64,000 nt of DNA from Gammaproteobacteria bacterium. GTDB taxonomy: Bacteria; Pseudomonadota; Gammaproteobacteria; GCA-001735895. Location: NCBI GenBank assembly GCA_026989015.1, contig JALSKD010000177.1, positions 64,401 to 128,400 on the forward strand, given 5' to 3'. Position 1 is the stretch's first letter. The number at the start of each line of letters is the position of its first letter. A program made the position numbers and the translations under genes. This document shows, one piece after another, positions 12,722 through 22,552 of this stretch. The notes under the pieces are model-generated. The model had not been told where the DNA came from. It was given only the letters and a program-made list of their open reading frames with translations, and did no database searches.

Positions 12722-14077
12722 TCAGTCGTTCGGGAAGCGCAGGCGGACGCGCAGTCCACCCATCGGCGAGGCATCGAATTCCAGCTCCAGCTCGTAGGCA
12801 TCGACGATATCCCGCACCACCGCCAGGCCGATGCCCTGACCCTCCTGGCTCTGGTCGAGACGGCTGCCCCGCTTGAGGATCAGATCGCGCTGATCGGCAT
12901 CCAGCCCGTCGCCGTCGTCGTCGATGATCAGGGTGACGGCATCGTCGTCCTGCAGCACCTCGACATGCACCTGCTGATGACCATACTTGCAGGCATTGTC
13001 GATCAGGTTGCCGAGCAGCTCCAGCAGGTCACTCTCATCGAGGCGCAGCGGGCGGGTGGCCTCGCCCACCACCTCGATCTGCATGCCCTTGCGGCCATAG
13101 ACCTTGCGCAGCGCAGAGACCGTCTTTGCCAGCAGAGGCATCAGTTCCAGCGGCCGGGCCATCGCGGTACCGCCCAGCGTGGCGGCCCGTTGCAGCTGAT
13201 AGGAGACGATCTGGTTCATGCGGCCGGTCTGCTCGGCCAGGGTGTTCAGGTCCTCTTCGTTACAGGCCTGCTTCTCGCTCAGTCCCCGCAGCACCGCCAG
13301 CGGCGTCTTCAGGCTGTGTGCCAGATCGTCGAGCGCATGGCGGTAGCGCTCCATCTGATGCTGTTCGCGCTTGAGCAGGGCATTGAGGTTCTGGGTCAGC
13401 GGCTGGAGTTCGGCCGGATAGCGGCGTTCGAAGCGCTGCTGCCGCCCTTCCTCGATGGCGTGCACCTCTTCACCGATTTGCCGCAAGGGCTTGAGGCTCC
13501 AGCTCATGACCCGCCACATCACCAGCAGCAGGATGCCGATGGTGGCCGCCAGCCACAGCCACAGCGTTTGCCTGAAGCGGCGAAACTGGACCATATAGTC
13601 ACTGGCGTCCTTCCACAGCACGAGGGTATAGAGGTCGAGCTTGGCATGGACATTGGGCCAACGGATGCTGAAGGCGAGCTGAAACCAGTCGTCGCCCTCA
13701 TAGGTCACCTGCTTGAAACGCAACTGCTCGGGGCGCAAGCCCTCCGGCGGGGGAAAGGGATCGGTCATCGACAGGGAACGCCAGATCTCGCGCAATCCGC
13801 CCTTCTCGTCCTGGGCGAACAGCTGGGCGTAGAGGCCGGACAGGGGATCGAACAGGGCGCCCTCGAACAGACGCTCGTCGGCGACGGTGATGCTCAGCCC
13901 GCTGGCGTCGCGGTCCACCGCGGCGAGAATGCTGTACATCAGCGCCTCGAGGTGACTGCGTTCCGCTTCCAGCATGCGTTTCGACACCGCCTGTTCCAGC
14001 GCCAGCGCGGTCAGCAGCATGAAACCGGCGAGCACCAGCAGGCTGCTCAGCAGCAGTCGGGTCTTGATCGAAGCCAT
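12722..14077 (-). CDS. Sensor histidine kinase (PhoQ/QseC-like)
   Basis: Two TM helices flank a periplasmic domain. H-box LAHSLKTPLAVL and a HATPase domain (NLIDNACKYG, GQGIGLAVV). Confidence 0.85.
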   Translation of the reverse strand: MASIKTRLLLSSLLVLAGFMLLTALALEQAVSKRMLEAERSHLEALMYSILAAVDRDASGLSITVADERLFEGALFDPLSGLYAQLFAQDEKGGLREIWRSLSMTDPFPPPEGLRPEQLRFKQVTYEGDDWFQLAFSIRWPNVHAKLDLYTLVLWKDASDYMVQFRRFRQTLWLWLAATIGILLLVMWRVMSWSLKPLRQIGEEVHAIEEGRQQRFERRYPAELQPLTQNLNALLKREQHQMERYRHALDDLAHSLKTPLAVLRGLSEKQACNEEDLNTLAEQTGRMNQIVSYQLQRAATLGGTAMARPLELMPLLAKTVSALRKVYGRKGMQIEVVGEATRPLRLDESDLLELLGNLIDNACKYGHQQVHVEVLQDDDAVTLIIDDDGDGLDADQRDLILKRGSRLDQSQEGQGIGLAVVRDIVDAYELELEFDASPMGGLRVRLRFPND

Positions 14078-14087
14078 CGGGTACGGC

Positions 14088-14777
14088 TCAGTTTTCGGGG
14101 CGCGCCGGCGGCAGGTTGAAACGGTAACCCCGTCCGCGCAGGGTCTCGATCGGCTGCAGGGTGCCGTCCGGGTCCAGCTTCAGCCGCAGACGGCGGATGA
14201 AGACCTCGATGACATTGCTGTCACGGTCGTCCTCGTCGTCATAGAGGTGTTCGGTCAGTACCGTCTTGGAGACCACTTCGCCCGCGTGCATCATCAGGTA
14301 TTCGAGCACCTTGTACTCGTAAGCGGTCAGTTCCACCTCCTCGTCATCGAGGGTCACCCGCTGGGTGGTCGGGTCCAGTTGCACCGGGCCACACTGAATG
14401 CGCGCGTCGGACCAGCCGGCCGCGCGGCGGATCAGCACCCGGATGCGGGCCATCATCTCTTCCTGATGGAAGGGCTTGACCAGGTAGTCGTCGGCGCCGG
14501 CATCGAGGCCTTCCACCTTGTCCTGCCAGCGGCCGCGGGCAGTGAGAATCAGAATCGGCAGTTGCGCGCCATCGGCGCGGATGCGGCGGATGATCTCGAG
14601 ACCGGACATCTGCGGCAGGCCCAGGTCGATGATGGCCACATCGGCCGGGTATTCCTGGGCCAGGTAGAGGCCGTCAACGCCATTGTCGGCCGTATCTACG
14701 GCAAAGCCTTCCTGCTTGAGGCGCTCGACGATCTGCCGGTTGATGTCGGCATCGTCTTCGATCACGATGGCTCTCAT
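14088..14777 (-). CDS. OmpR-family response regulator
   Basis: REC domain (MRAIVIEDDADI...DLGLPQMSG) plus a winged-helix domain. Lies upstream of the kinase on the same strand. Confidence 0.9.
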   Translation of the reverse strand: MRAIVIEDDADINRQIVERLKQEGFAVDTADNGVDGLYLAQEYPADVAIIDLGLPQMSGLEIIRRIRADGAQLPILILTARGRWQDKVEGLDAGADDYLVKPFHQEEMMARIRVLIRRAAGWSDARIQCGPVQLDPTTQRVTLDDEEVELTAYEYKVLEYLMMHAGEVVSKTVLTEHLYDDEDDRDSNVIEVFIRRLRLKLDPDGTLQPIETLRGRGYRFNLPPARPEN

Positions 14778-14823
14778 GGGCCGCTCCTGTCTTGAAACCG
14801 CACTATTCAAGCACAGAGCCCGT

Positions 14824-15399
14824 TCAAAAGACAGGCTCTACCCGCACCCGCAGCCGGATCCGCTTGCCCGGGTCGTAGGGCATGCGCACCGTGTACTTCT
14901 CGCCCTGGTAGCGGTAGGTGACCCGATAACCGTCGATCTCTTCCTCGTAGCGTACCCGTTCGGTGGTTTCGCAGACCTCCTCGACACGGGTATGTACCGA
15001 GCGGGTGGCCCGGGCACCGCCCGTACCGGCTGCGTCGTGACCCAGCTGAGCGCCGATGATGGTACCCACCGCGGTGGCGACCTTTTTGCCGCGGCCCCTG
15101 CCGATCTGGTGGCCAATGACGCCGCCGATGATCGCTCCAGCCAGGGTATTGCCGGCGGTGTTGCGCCGCTCGTAGCGGATCTCGCGCACTTCACGCACCG
15201 GTTCGCGCCAGCATTCGCTGACCGGCTCCACCACGCGGACCTCACGATACATTGGCGTCACCCGGATCACCTTTCCATAGACGGTACGCTCGACCGAATG
15301 GTGGCCCTTTTTCCAGCCATGATCACGGTCGGCCACAGCGCCGGTGCTCAGTGCCAACGCCAGGGTGCCCAGTAGCAGTGTCGTGTTCAGCGTCTTCAT
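14824..15399 (-). CDS. Glycine-zipper (2TM) outer-membrane protein
   Basis: Signal peptide and a GAIIGGVIGHQIGRGRG...GTIIGAQLG glycine-zipper segment. Confidence 0.6.
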   Translation of the reverse strand: MKTLNTTLLLGTLALALSTGAVADRDHGWKKGHHSVERTVYGKVIRVTPMYREVRVVEPVSECWREPVREVREIRYERRNTAGNTLAGAIIGGVIGHQIGRGRGKKVATAVGTIIGAQLGHDAAGTGGARATRSVHTRVEEVCETTERVRYEEEIDGYRVTYRYQGEKYTVRMPYDPGKRIRLRVRVEPVF

Positions 15400-15548
15400 C
15401 GTCGTTTCCTCGTTTGCGGACGGTATGCGAAGTCTAGGCGGGGGCGTCTGAACCGGTACTGAACCGTGGGCGGCTTGCCGGATGGCCGATCGGCAACTAT
15501 GATCGGTGGATCGGTTCTTCCAGGGCGGCGAGGTCGCCCACGGCTCTC

Positions 15549-17582
15549 ATGGCGTTTACCCTCTCCGCACGCGAACTGGACAGGCTGATCGACGGCCTCG
15601 AAGACTTTCACCGCAACTATGGCGACCTCAGCAGCCTGCTGGACGCCCCCGGCTGGCAGCGCCTCGCCGAGGCACACCGCGCCTTTGTCGAAGCCCTGAC
15701 CGACGGGCAAGCGGATGCCGGAGAACGCATTGCCGCCTACTACCTGGATCTGGACCTGCCCTTTCACCTGCTGATGGGCAGTTTCAATCAGCTCAAAAAT
15801 GCCCTGATGCAGATCCAGACCGCTCGCTCAAGCGGCGATGCGGACCCCTTCGACCTCTACGCCGGCATCAACCGGCTGCTGGAGGCGGCACGGCAGCAGG
15901 CGGCGCGGCGCTACCTGGACCACGAAAGCCGGCGCAGCGAGCCCCTGTGCAACGCCCAGATGCAGAACAAGCTGCTGATCCGCCTCTACCGGGACTGGCT
16001 GCAACGGGTCAACCGTGCCCTCGCCGAGGACCTCGACCGCTTTCCGCTGACACCGGCCAACGAGAGCCGCTTCACCGAGGCCCTGCAGTACCCGGAAAGC
16101 CTGCTCATCTGTCTCGATCTGAAGACCTGCGATCACATCCTCGAGCAGCACCGCCTGATCCGGCAGAAGGCCGGTATTCTCTACGCCATGCTCGCCGCCG
16201 CTCGCTACGACACGGCCTACCTGGCCTACCGCGAAACCCGCAGTCTGGTCTCGGAACTGACCCAGCTGCTCGGCGTACTGTATTTTGAAAGCCAGACCAA
16301 CCGCATCCAGAGTTTTTTCAATTTTGCCCAGGCCTCGCTGTACCTGCCCGGTGAGAAGTACTTCTGCGTGGCCAACCTGCGGCGACTCAATCACATCAAC
16401 CAGATGTACGGTGTCGAGAACGGCGACCGCAGCCTGCAATTGCTGGAAGACTGCTTCGGTGAATTGATGCAGCGCCATCAGTCGTGGATGGTGTTCACCC
16501 GCGGCATTGCCGGAGACTTCTACATCCATTGTCTGCGCGCCAGCCGGCAGCAGGTATTGAGCCTGATGCAGGAAATCGAGGACTGCCTGGAACGGCTGTC
16601 CCGAGACCGCGCCCTGCCCTTCCCGATCGAACTGATGATCTCGGGCATCCGCCTCACCGAGCTCAACGAGCTGACCACCGAGAACATGCACCACATCGTC
16701 GATTACCTGAGCCGCAACGGCGGCGGACGCCACCTGCAACTGCGTGAACGGCCCGAAGAGATCGACGAAATGCTGGAGTGGATGCGCCAGCGCTACCGCC
16801 AGAGCATTGACCTGGGGCGCAAGCTCGATAACGACCAGATCGAGATCTTCGTCCAGCCCCTGGTCACCCTCGACGCGTTGCAGGAAATCCACGCCTTCGA
16901 AATCCTCGGCCGTTTCCGCGAGGAAGACGGTTACATCAGCGCCGCCCTGTTCATCGACGATATCGTCCGCATGGGGCTGTCGGAGCGTTTCGACCGACTG
17001 GTGCTGGACTGCCTGATCCGCCAGGCCGACGATCTGCGTCTGCTCACGCGCCGGCTGTTCCTCAATGTCAGCGCGCTGACGCTGGAAGACACGGCCTACA
17101 TCGACGCGCTCAACGCCGCCATTGCCGGTCCCCTGTCCGGTTTTGACATCGTCATCGAACTGACCGAGCAAATCCTGCTGGAGAACCTGGAGCTTATCTA
17201 CCGCCTGCACCAGCGCCACGGGCTCAACTTCGCCATCGACGATTTCGGCACCGGCTTTTCCTCCCTGCAGACGGTCATCGAGCTGGCGCTGAAGGGCGGC
17301 ATCCAGTACCTGAAGATCGACGGTTCGCTGACCCAACAACTGGGCAAGAACCCGGCCAGCGAGCAGATCATCCGCATCACCCGCCAGATGGCCCGTGAAC
17401 TGGGCCTCAAGACGGTGGTGGAATACATCGAAACCCTTGAACAGAAGGACACCCTGGAAGGCATCGACATCGACTTCGGGCAAGGCTACCTGCTCGGCAT
17501 ACCGGACCCGGTCAAGGTCTGGCTCGGCAAGCTCGCCTACCTGCGCAGCAAGGCCGAGGCGACGCTCAATATCGGCGTCTGA
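15549..17582 (+). CDS. EAL-domain c-di-GMP phosphodiesterase with an N-terminal unknown domain and a degenerate GGDEF-like domain
   Basis: Degenerate GGDEF (RGIAGDFY) and an EAL domain (AFEILGRF...IDDFGTGFSSL...KIDGS). Confidence 0.8.
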   Translation: MAFTLSARELDRLIDGLEDFHRNYGDLSSLLDAPGWQRLAEAHRAFVEALTDGQADAGERIAAYYLDLDLPFHLLMGSFNQLKNALMQIQTARSSGDADPFDLYAGINRLLEAARQQAARRYLDHESRRSEPLCNAQMQNKLLIRLYRDWLQRVNRALAEDLDRFPLTPANESRFTEALQYPESLLICLDLKTCDHILEQHRLIRQKAGILYAMLAAARYDTAYLAYRETRSLVSELTQLLGVLYFESQTNRIQSFFNFAQASLYLPGEKYFCVANLRRLNHINQMYGVENGDRSLQLLEDCFGELMQRHQSWMVFTRGIAGDFYIHCLRASRQQVLSLMQEIEDCLERLSRDRALPFPIELMISGIRLTELNELTTENMHHIVDYLSRNGGGRHLQLRERPEEIDEMLEWMRQRYRQSIDLGRKLDNDQIEIFVQPLVTLDALQEIHAFEILGRFREEDGYISAALFIDDIVRMGLSERFDRLVLDCLIRQADDLRLLTRRLFLNVSALTLEDTAYIDALNAAIAGPLSGFDIVIELTEQILLENLELIYRLHQRHGLNFAIDDFGTGFSSLQTVIELALKGGIQYLKIDGSLTQQLGKNPASEQIIRITRQMARELGLKTVVEYIETLEQKDTLEGIDIDFGQGYLLGIPDPVKVWLGKLAYLRSKAEATLNIGV

Positions 17583-17589
17583 GGCGGGC

Positions 17590-18762
17590 TCAGTCCCGGC
17601 GCAACCGGTCACTGACCGCAATCGGCGTCGGGTAGGTCATCACCACATAGGTCGAGGACAGCAGGAAGCTGATCAGGGTGGCAAACTGGATCAGGAAATT
17701 CACCTCGTCGCGGATCACCCCCATCTGCGCCGCCAGCACCGCGATCAATAGCGAAAACTCGCTCATCTGCCCGAGCCTCACCGCCACCTCCAGCGAACGG
17801 CCGCTGCTCTCCTTCGAAAGGCGCAGCAGCAGATGATAAAGCAATGGCTTGGCCAACAGCGCCAGCAGCGCCAGACCCACCGCGGCCAGCCAGATCTGCT
17901 GCACCACCGCCAGATCGAAATTCGCTCCCAACGCCACGAAGAAGATGATCAGGAAGAAATCCCGCAGCGGCTTGAGGTTCTCGGCAATGAACAGGGCGAT
18001 CGGGCTGCGAGCCAGCGCCACGCCGGCGATGAAGGCGCCGATCTCGTAGGACAGGCCCATCCACTCGGCCGCTTCCGCCACGCCGAGACACCAGCCGATG
18101 GCAAGCAGAAAAATGTACTCCTGGATGCGGTCGAAGCGCGCGATCAGCCGGTTCAGCAGATGGCGTTCTATCAGCCAGGTGCCCAGCGCCAGCAACGGCA
18201 GGCCGAGAAACGGCCCAAGCATGCGCCACAGACTGGCCTCGCCGGCCTGGGATGAAGCCTCCAGCACCAGCAGCAGGATGATGGCGATGATGTCCTGGAA
18301 CAGCAACACCGAAATCATGATCTCACCGGTATGCTGATGATGCAGGACGGTGGTCGGTATCAGCTTGAGGCCGATGATGGTGCTCGAGAACATCAGCGCC
18401 GAACCCAGCAGCAGTGACGCGGTGGCGTCATAGCCCAGCGCAATGCCGAAGCCGTAGCCCAGCCCCAGCAACACCAGCGAGCTGATGCCGGTGACCAGTG
18501 TGGTCTCGCCGGCCATGCGGATCAGGTCCGCCGGGTTGAGGTTGAGGCCGAGCAGGAACAGCAGGAAGATGATGCCGACATTGGCGATGTTCTGGATCAG
18601 CGTCGGGTCCTGGATCAGCGCCAGACCGGATGGCCCGATCAGCAGGCCGACCGCAATATAGGCGATGATCAGCGTCTGCCGCAGCCACAGCGCCAGGGTC
18701 GCGGCCAGCGCCGCGCCGGCGAAGATCAGGAACAGGGTGAAGACGATGGAGGCGTTTTCCAT
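17590..18762 (-). CDS. CPA2-family cation:proton antiporter (membrane domain only, no KTN domain)
   Basis: About 12 TM helices. The N-terminal region resembles KefB/YbaL. ATG at 18762. Confidence 0.8.
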   Translation of the reverse strand: MENASIVFTLFLIFAGAALAATLALWLRQTLIIAYIAVGLLIGPSGLALIQDPTLIQNIANVGIIFLLFLLGLNLNPADLIRMAGETTLVTGISSLVLLGLGYGFGIALGYDATASLLLGSALMFSSTIIGLKLIPTTVLHHQHTGEIMISVLLFQDIIAIILLLVLEASSQAGEASLWRMLGPFLGLPLLALGTWLIERHLLNRLIARFDRIQEYIFLLAIGWCLGVAEAAEWMGLSYEIGAFIAGVALARSPIALFIAENLKPLRDFFLIIFFVALGANFDLAVVQQIWLAAVGLALLALLAKPLLYHLLLRLSKESSGRSLEVAVRLGQMSEFSLLIAVLAAQMGVIRDEVNFLIQFATLISFLLSSTYVVMTYPTPIAVSDRLRRD

Positions 18763-18784
18763 GCGCGAAGTGGCGGCCGGTGCG

Positions 18785-19429
18785 TCAGTGCAGCGAGGCT
18801 GAATTGGCCTGTTCCTGCAGCAACTCCCGGGCCTGTTGTTGCAGCGGATGGCGGTCGTCATCGGCGATTTGCGACAGCGCCTGCACCGCCTCCGGTGCCT
18901 GCAGCATCGACAGGTAATAGAGACCGTCGAGGGCGATCCGTTGGTCCGGGTTGTCGAGCAGGGCGAGCAAACGCGGCAGATGGGCCTCCAGCAAACCCTG
19001 TTCAGCCAGCTCCTCGATGATCGCCGACAGCCCGATACGCACCACCAGCGGCGTTTCCGGATCCTCCAGCAGGTCGAACAGGGCCGTACGCGCCGCTTCT
19101 TCCTTCAGCACTGCCTCGCGCGCGGCGTCCATGCCGCCCTCGGACAATTCTTCGCTGAGCAGCGAGCGCCACTTGCCACCGGTACTCTGCTGCAGCAGTT
19201 CCTCGATGTCCTTGCGCGTCTTGAGCCCGCTGAACAGCACGCCATTGACGAGATAGGAGGGTGCGCTGCGAATCCCCAGTGCGCTGGCCCGTTCGGGCGA
19301 GCGGGTGATGTCGATGACCTCCAGCTCATCGAGCTGTCCGTCCTGTTTCAGCTGTTCGAACAGCCGCTCCATCTGCGGACAGACGGGGCAACCGGGCATG
19401 ACGAACAGTTCGATGCGGCGAGAAGTCAT
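18785..19429 (-). CDS. Glutaredoxin/thioredoxin-like (CPVC) domain fused to HEAT-like repeats
   Basis: LFVMPGCPVCPQMERL thioredoxin-fold N-terminus. C-terminal helical repeats (LLEDPETPLVVRIGLSAIIEELAE...LLALLDNPDQRIALDGL). Confidence 0.6.
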   Translation of the reverse strand: MTSRRIELFVMPGCPVCPQMERLFEQLKQDGQLDELEVIDITRSPERASALGIRSAPSYLVNGVLFSGLKTRKDIEELLQQSTGGKWRSLLSEELSEGGMDAAREAVLKEEAARTALFDLLEDPETPLVVRIGLSAIIEELAEQGLLEAHLPRLLALLDNPDQRIALDGLYYLSMLQAPEAVQALSQIADDDRHPLQQQARELLQEQANSASLH

Positions 19430-19498
19430 GGGTTTGCTTGTTCCTCCCAGAGGTTTTCAATACACTGGCGGCTCTTCCTGACAACGCGATCGGCCCGC

Positions 19499-19942
19499 AT
19501 GATCAACCGGATTTCCCTGTCGCGCATCATCATGCTGACCATTGCCGTCATCCTCATCGGCATCCTCGTCATCGTCTTCCTGCAGATCGAGAGCGGATCG
19601 GCGAAGCCCCTGAGTTATGAAGTGATCGAGCGTCAACAGGAGAGGATGCAGGAAAAGCTCCAGGAGATCCAGCAGCGCAACCGGGCCAACACCGTTCCAT
19701 CAGCCACCACGGCGGCACAACCGCCGGTCGTTGTCCCGCCACCGCGCCCGGCACCACCCGCGCCGCGACACGCCCCCATGCCGCCTCCCACCGCCCCCGG
19801 CTACGGACCGGCACCTTACCCGGCTCCAGCCTATCCGGCTGGCCAATATCCGGCCTGGTCAGCACCGGGCTGGGGGTATCCGCCACCGCCACCCCGCAGC
19901 TGGCCTCAACCCTATCCGGCGCCCTGGCCACCGCCGCGCTGA
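19499..19942 (+). CDS. Membrane-anchored proline-rich protein (TM helix, coiled coil, Pro/Tyr/Trp-rich tail)
   Basis: N-terminal TM helix LTIAVILIGILVIVFL. GC3 codon bias is consistent with coding. No clear Shine-Dalgarno. Confidence 0.45.
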   Translation: MINRISLSRIIMLTIAVILIGILVIVFLQIESGSAKPLSYEVIERQQERMQEKLQEIQQRNRANTVPSATTAAQPPVVVPPPRPAPPAPRHAPMPPPTAPGYGPAPYPAPAYPAGQYPAWSAPGWGYPPPPPRSWPQPYPAPWPPPR

Positions 19943-19948
19943 TAGCCC

Positions 19949-20725
19949 TCAGACCATCGACTCGATCAGACGCTTGACCGCAGCCGCATCGAAGGGTTTG
20001 TCGATGATCGCCGACACGCCCTGGCTCTGCACCGCCGCCAGCTTGCTCTGATCGCCCTCAGTGGTGACCATCATCACCGGCACCTGCGGCTGGCGGCTCT
20101 TGTTGCGGATGAACCAAAGCAGCTCCTGCCCGTCCATGTGCGGCATGTTGTAGTCGCTGATGACCAGGTCGTACTCATTGTGCTGGATCAATGGCAGCGC
20201 GGCCCGGCCGTCCTCGGCCTCGGTGATGTCTTCCAGTCCCATGCGGTTCAGCGTGCGTGTGATCAGACGCCGCGCCAGGCGGCTGTCGTCCACCAGAAGA
20301 ATACGCAGGCTCCGGTCCAGCTCGATCGCGTCCGGGGCTTCCCAGTCCATGATCATGTTGATGGCGCGTTGCAGATCCCGGGCCTGAAACGGCTTGGGCA
20401 GTACCGCCGAGGCACCGGCCTGCTTGACCGGGTCCAGCTCGCGGAACGAGGTCTCCGACGAGATCAGCATGAACGGAATGTCCACCGATAGCGGATTGTC
20501 GCGCATCTCCAGCACCAGTTCGCGCCCGGTCATGTCTTCAAGAAACAGCGCGCTGATCACCAGGTCCGGCTGCTCGGTGTCGATCTTCAGCAGCGCTTCC
20601 TCACCGGTATCGACGGTATCGAACTGCTGGATGCCCAGATCCTCGAACTGTTGCAACACGATACGCCGCTGCGAGGACGAGGGCTCGACCAGAAGCACAT
20701 AAAGGGAATTGAGGTAGTGTGTCAT
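19949..20725 (-). CDS. Tandem-receiver response regulator (pseudo-receiver plus CheY-like REC, no output domain)
   Basis: REC2 has DDS...D...K motifs (LLVDDS, VISDYNMP). REC1 has EP in place of DD and Ala at the phospho-acceptor position (DLVISALFLEDMTG). Confidence 0.75.
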   Translation of the reverse strand: MTHYLNSLYVLLVEPSSSQRRIVLQQFEDLGIQQFDTVDTGEEALLKIDTEQPDLVISALFLEDMTGRELVLEMRDNPLSVDIPFMLISSETSFRELDPVKQAGASAVLPKPFQARDLQRAINMIMDWEAPDAIELDRSLRILLVDDSRLARRLITRTLNRMGLEDITEAEDGRAALPLIQHNEYDLVISDYNMPHMDGQELLWFIRNKSRQPQVPVMMVTTEGDQSKLAAVQSQGVSAIIDKPFDAAAVKRLIESMV

Positions 20726-20837
20726 GGAGGGGGACCATCGGCTTTGCAAGGTTCAGGGCTTCCTATAGCACAGGGCCCGGACTTTGCACCCACGGCCGGC
20801 GGTCTGCCGCTATAATACCGCGTCCCCGACCTCCGGA

Positions 20838-21779
20838 ATGACCATGAACGCCCTCGAAATACACGACCTGCACAAGACCTACGCCAATGGCCACCAGGCC
20901 CTGCGTGGCATCGACCTGGAAGTGGAACAGGGGGAGTTCTTCGCGCTGCTCGGACCCAATGGCGCCGGCAAGTCCACCTGCATCGGCATCGTTTCATCAC
21001 TGGTACGCAAGACTTCCGGCGAGGTACGCATCTTCGGTGACGCCATCGATCGTGATCCGATCGCCGCCAAGAGCCACCTCGGCGTGGTACCCCAGGAATT
21101 CAACTTCAACATCTTCGAGCCGGTGGAAGAGATCATCGCCAACCAGGGCGGCTACCAGGGCGTGCCGCCGCGCCAGGTGCGCCAGCGCACAGAACAGCTG
21201 CTGCGCGAACTGGACCTGTGGGACAAGCGGCGCGTCCAGGCGCGCGAACTCTCCGGCGGCATGAAGCGGCGGCTGATGATCGCCCGCGCGTTGATCCACC
21301 GGCCGCGACTGCTGATCCTCGACGAACCCACCGCCGGCGTGGACATCGAGCTGCGCCGATCGATGTGGGACTACATGCGCCGTATCAACGAGCAGGGCAC
21401 CACCATCATCCTCACCACCCACTACCTGGAAGAAGCGGAACAGATGTGCCGCCGGGTCGCCATCATCGACCATGGACGCATCGTCACCAACGACCGCATG
21501 AAACACCTGCTGCGCCAGCTCGATTGCGAGACCTTCGTGCTCAACGCCCGCGAGCCACTGGGACAGCTGCCGCCGCGGATCGGTCCCTTCGCGCTGCGCC
21601 GCATCGACGAACACACGCTGGAAGCCGACTTGCCCAAGCCCCATTCGTTGAACGAACTGATGCACGCGCTGGACGGACTCGGCATCGCCGTGGACAGCCT
21701 GCGCAACAAGAGCAACCGGCTCGAGGAACTGTTCCTCAGGCTGACCGGGAAGCCGCTTGAGACGGAGCAGAACGCATGA
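20838..21779 (+). CDS. ABC transporter ATP-binding protein (ABC-2/YadG-like)
   Basis: Walker A GPNGAGKST, LSGGMKRRL signature, Walker B LLILDEPT. Confidence 0.9.
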   Translation: MTMNALEIHDLHKTYANGHQALRGIDLEVEQGEFFALLGPNGAGKSTCIGIVSSLVRKTSGEVRIFGDAIDRDPIAAKSHLGVVPQEFNFNIFEPVEEIIANQGGYQGVPPRQVRQRTEQLLRELDLWDKRRVQARELSGGMKRRLMIARALIHRPRLLILDEPTAGVDIELRRSMWDYMRRINEQGTTIILTTHYLEEAEQMCRRVAIIDHGRIVTNDRMKHLLRQLDCETFVLNAREPLGQLPPRIGPFALRRIDEHTLEADLPKPHSLNELMHALDGLGIAVDSLRNKSNRLEELFLRLTGKPLETEQNA

Positions 21780-22552
21780 GCCGCTACCGCCGCTACTGGA
21801 TCGCCTACGCCACCATCACCCGGCGCGAAATCCTGCGTTTCGCGCGCATCTGGGTGCAGACCATCGTCCCGCCGGTGATCACCGTGGCGCTCTATTTCCT
21901 GATCTTCGGCAACCTCATCGGCGGGCGCATCGGCCGCATGGACGGCCTGCCCTATGTGGATTTCATCATGCCCGGCCTGATCATGATGGCGATCATCACC
22001 AATTCCTACGCCAATGTGGTGTCCTCCTTCTACGGCGCCAAGTTCGCCCACCACATCGAGGAGATGCTGGTGTCGCCGATCCCCAATCTTGTCATCCTCC
22101 TCGGCTACATGAGCGGCGGCATCGCCCGCGGCATGGCGGTCGGGCTGGCGGTGACCCTGACCTCGATGCTGTTCACCGAAGTGCGCGCCGAACACGCTCT
22201 GCTGGTGCTGCTGGTGGCCCTGCTGACCTCGACCCTGTTCGCGCTGGCGGGACTGATCAACGGCATCTTCGCCAAGAGCTTCGACGATGTATCGATCATA
22301 CCCACCTTCGTGCTGACGCCGCTGATCTACCTCGGCGGCATCTTCTACTCCATCGACCTGTTGCCGGACTTCTGGCAGACGCTGTCGCTGGCCAACCCCA
22401 TCCTGTACATGATCAACAGCTTTCGCTATGGTTTTCTCGGCGTCTCCGACATCGACATCGGCCCCGCACTGGCCGTCATCGTCGGTTTCATCCTGCTGCT
22501 GTTCGCCATCGCCATGACCCTGCTCAACCGCGGCACCGGTATCCGCACATGA
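21776..22552 (+). CDS. ABC-2 type transporter permease (YadH-like)
   Basis: 6-TM ABC-2 permease. Its ATG overlaps the stop of the ATPase gene. Confidence 0.85.
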   Translation: MSRYRRYWIAYATITRREILRFARIWVQTIVPPVITVALYFLIFGNLIGGRIGRMDGLPYVDFIMPGLIMMAIITNSYANVVSSFYGAKFAHHIEEMLVSPIPNLVILLGYMSGGIARGMAVGLAVTLTSMLFTEVRAEHALLVLLVALLTSTLFALAGLINGIFAKSFDDVSIIPTFVLTPLIYLGGIFYSIDLLPDFWQTLSLANPILYMINSFRYGFLGVSDIDIGPALAVIVGFILLLFAIAMTLLNRGTGIRT

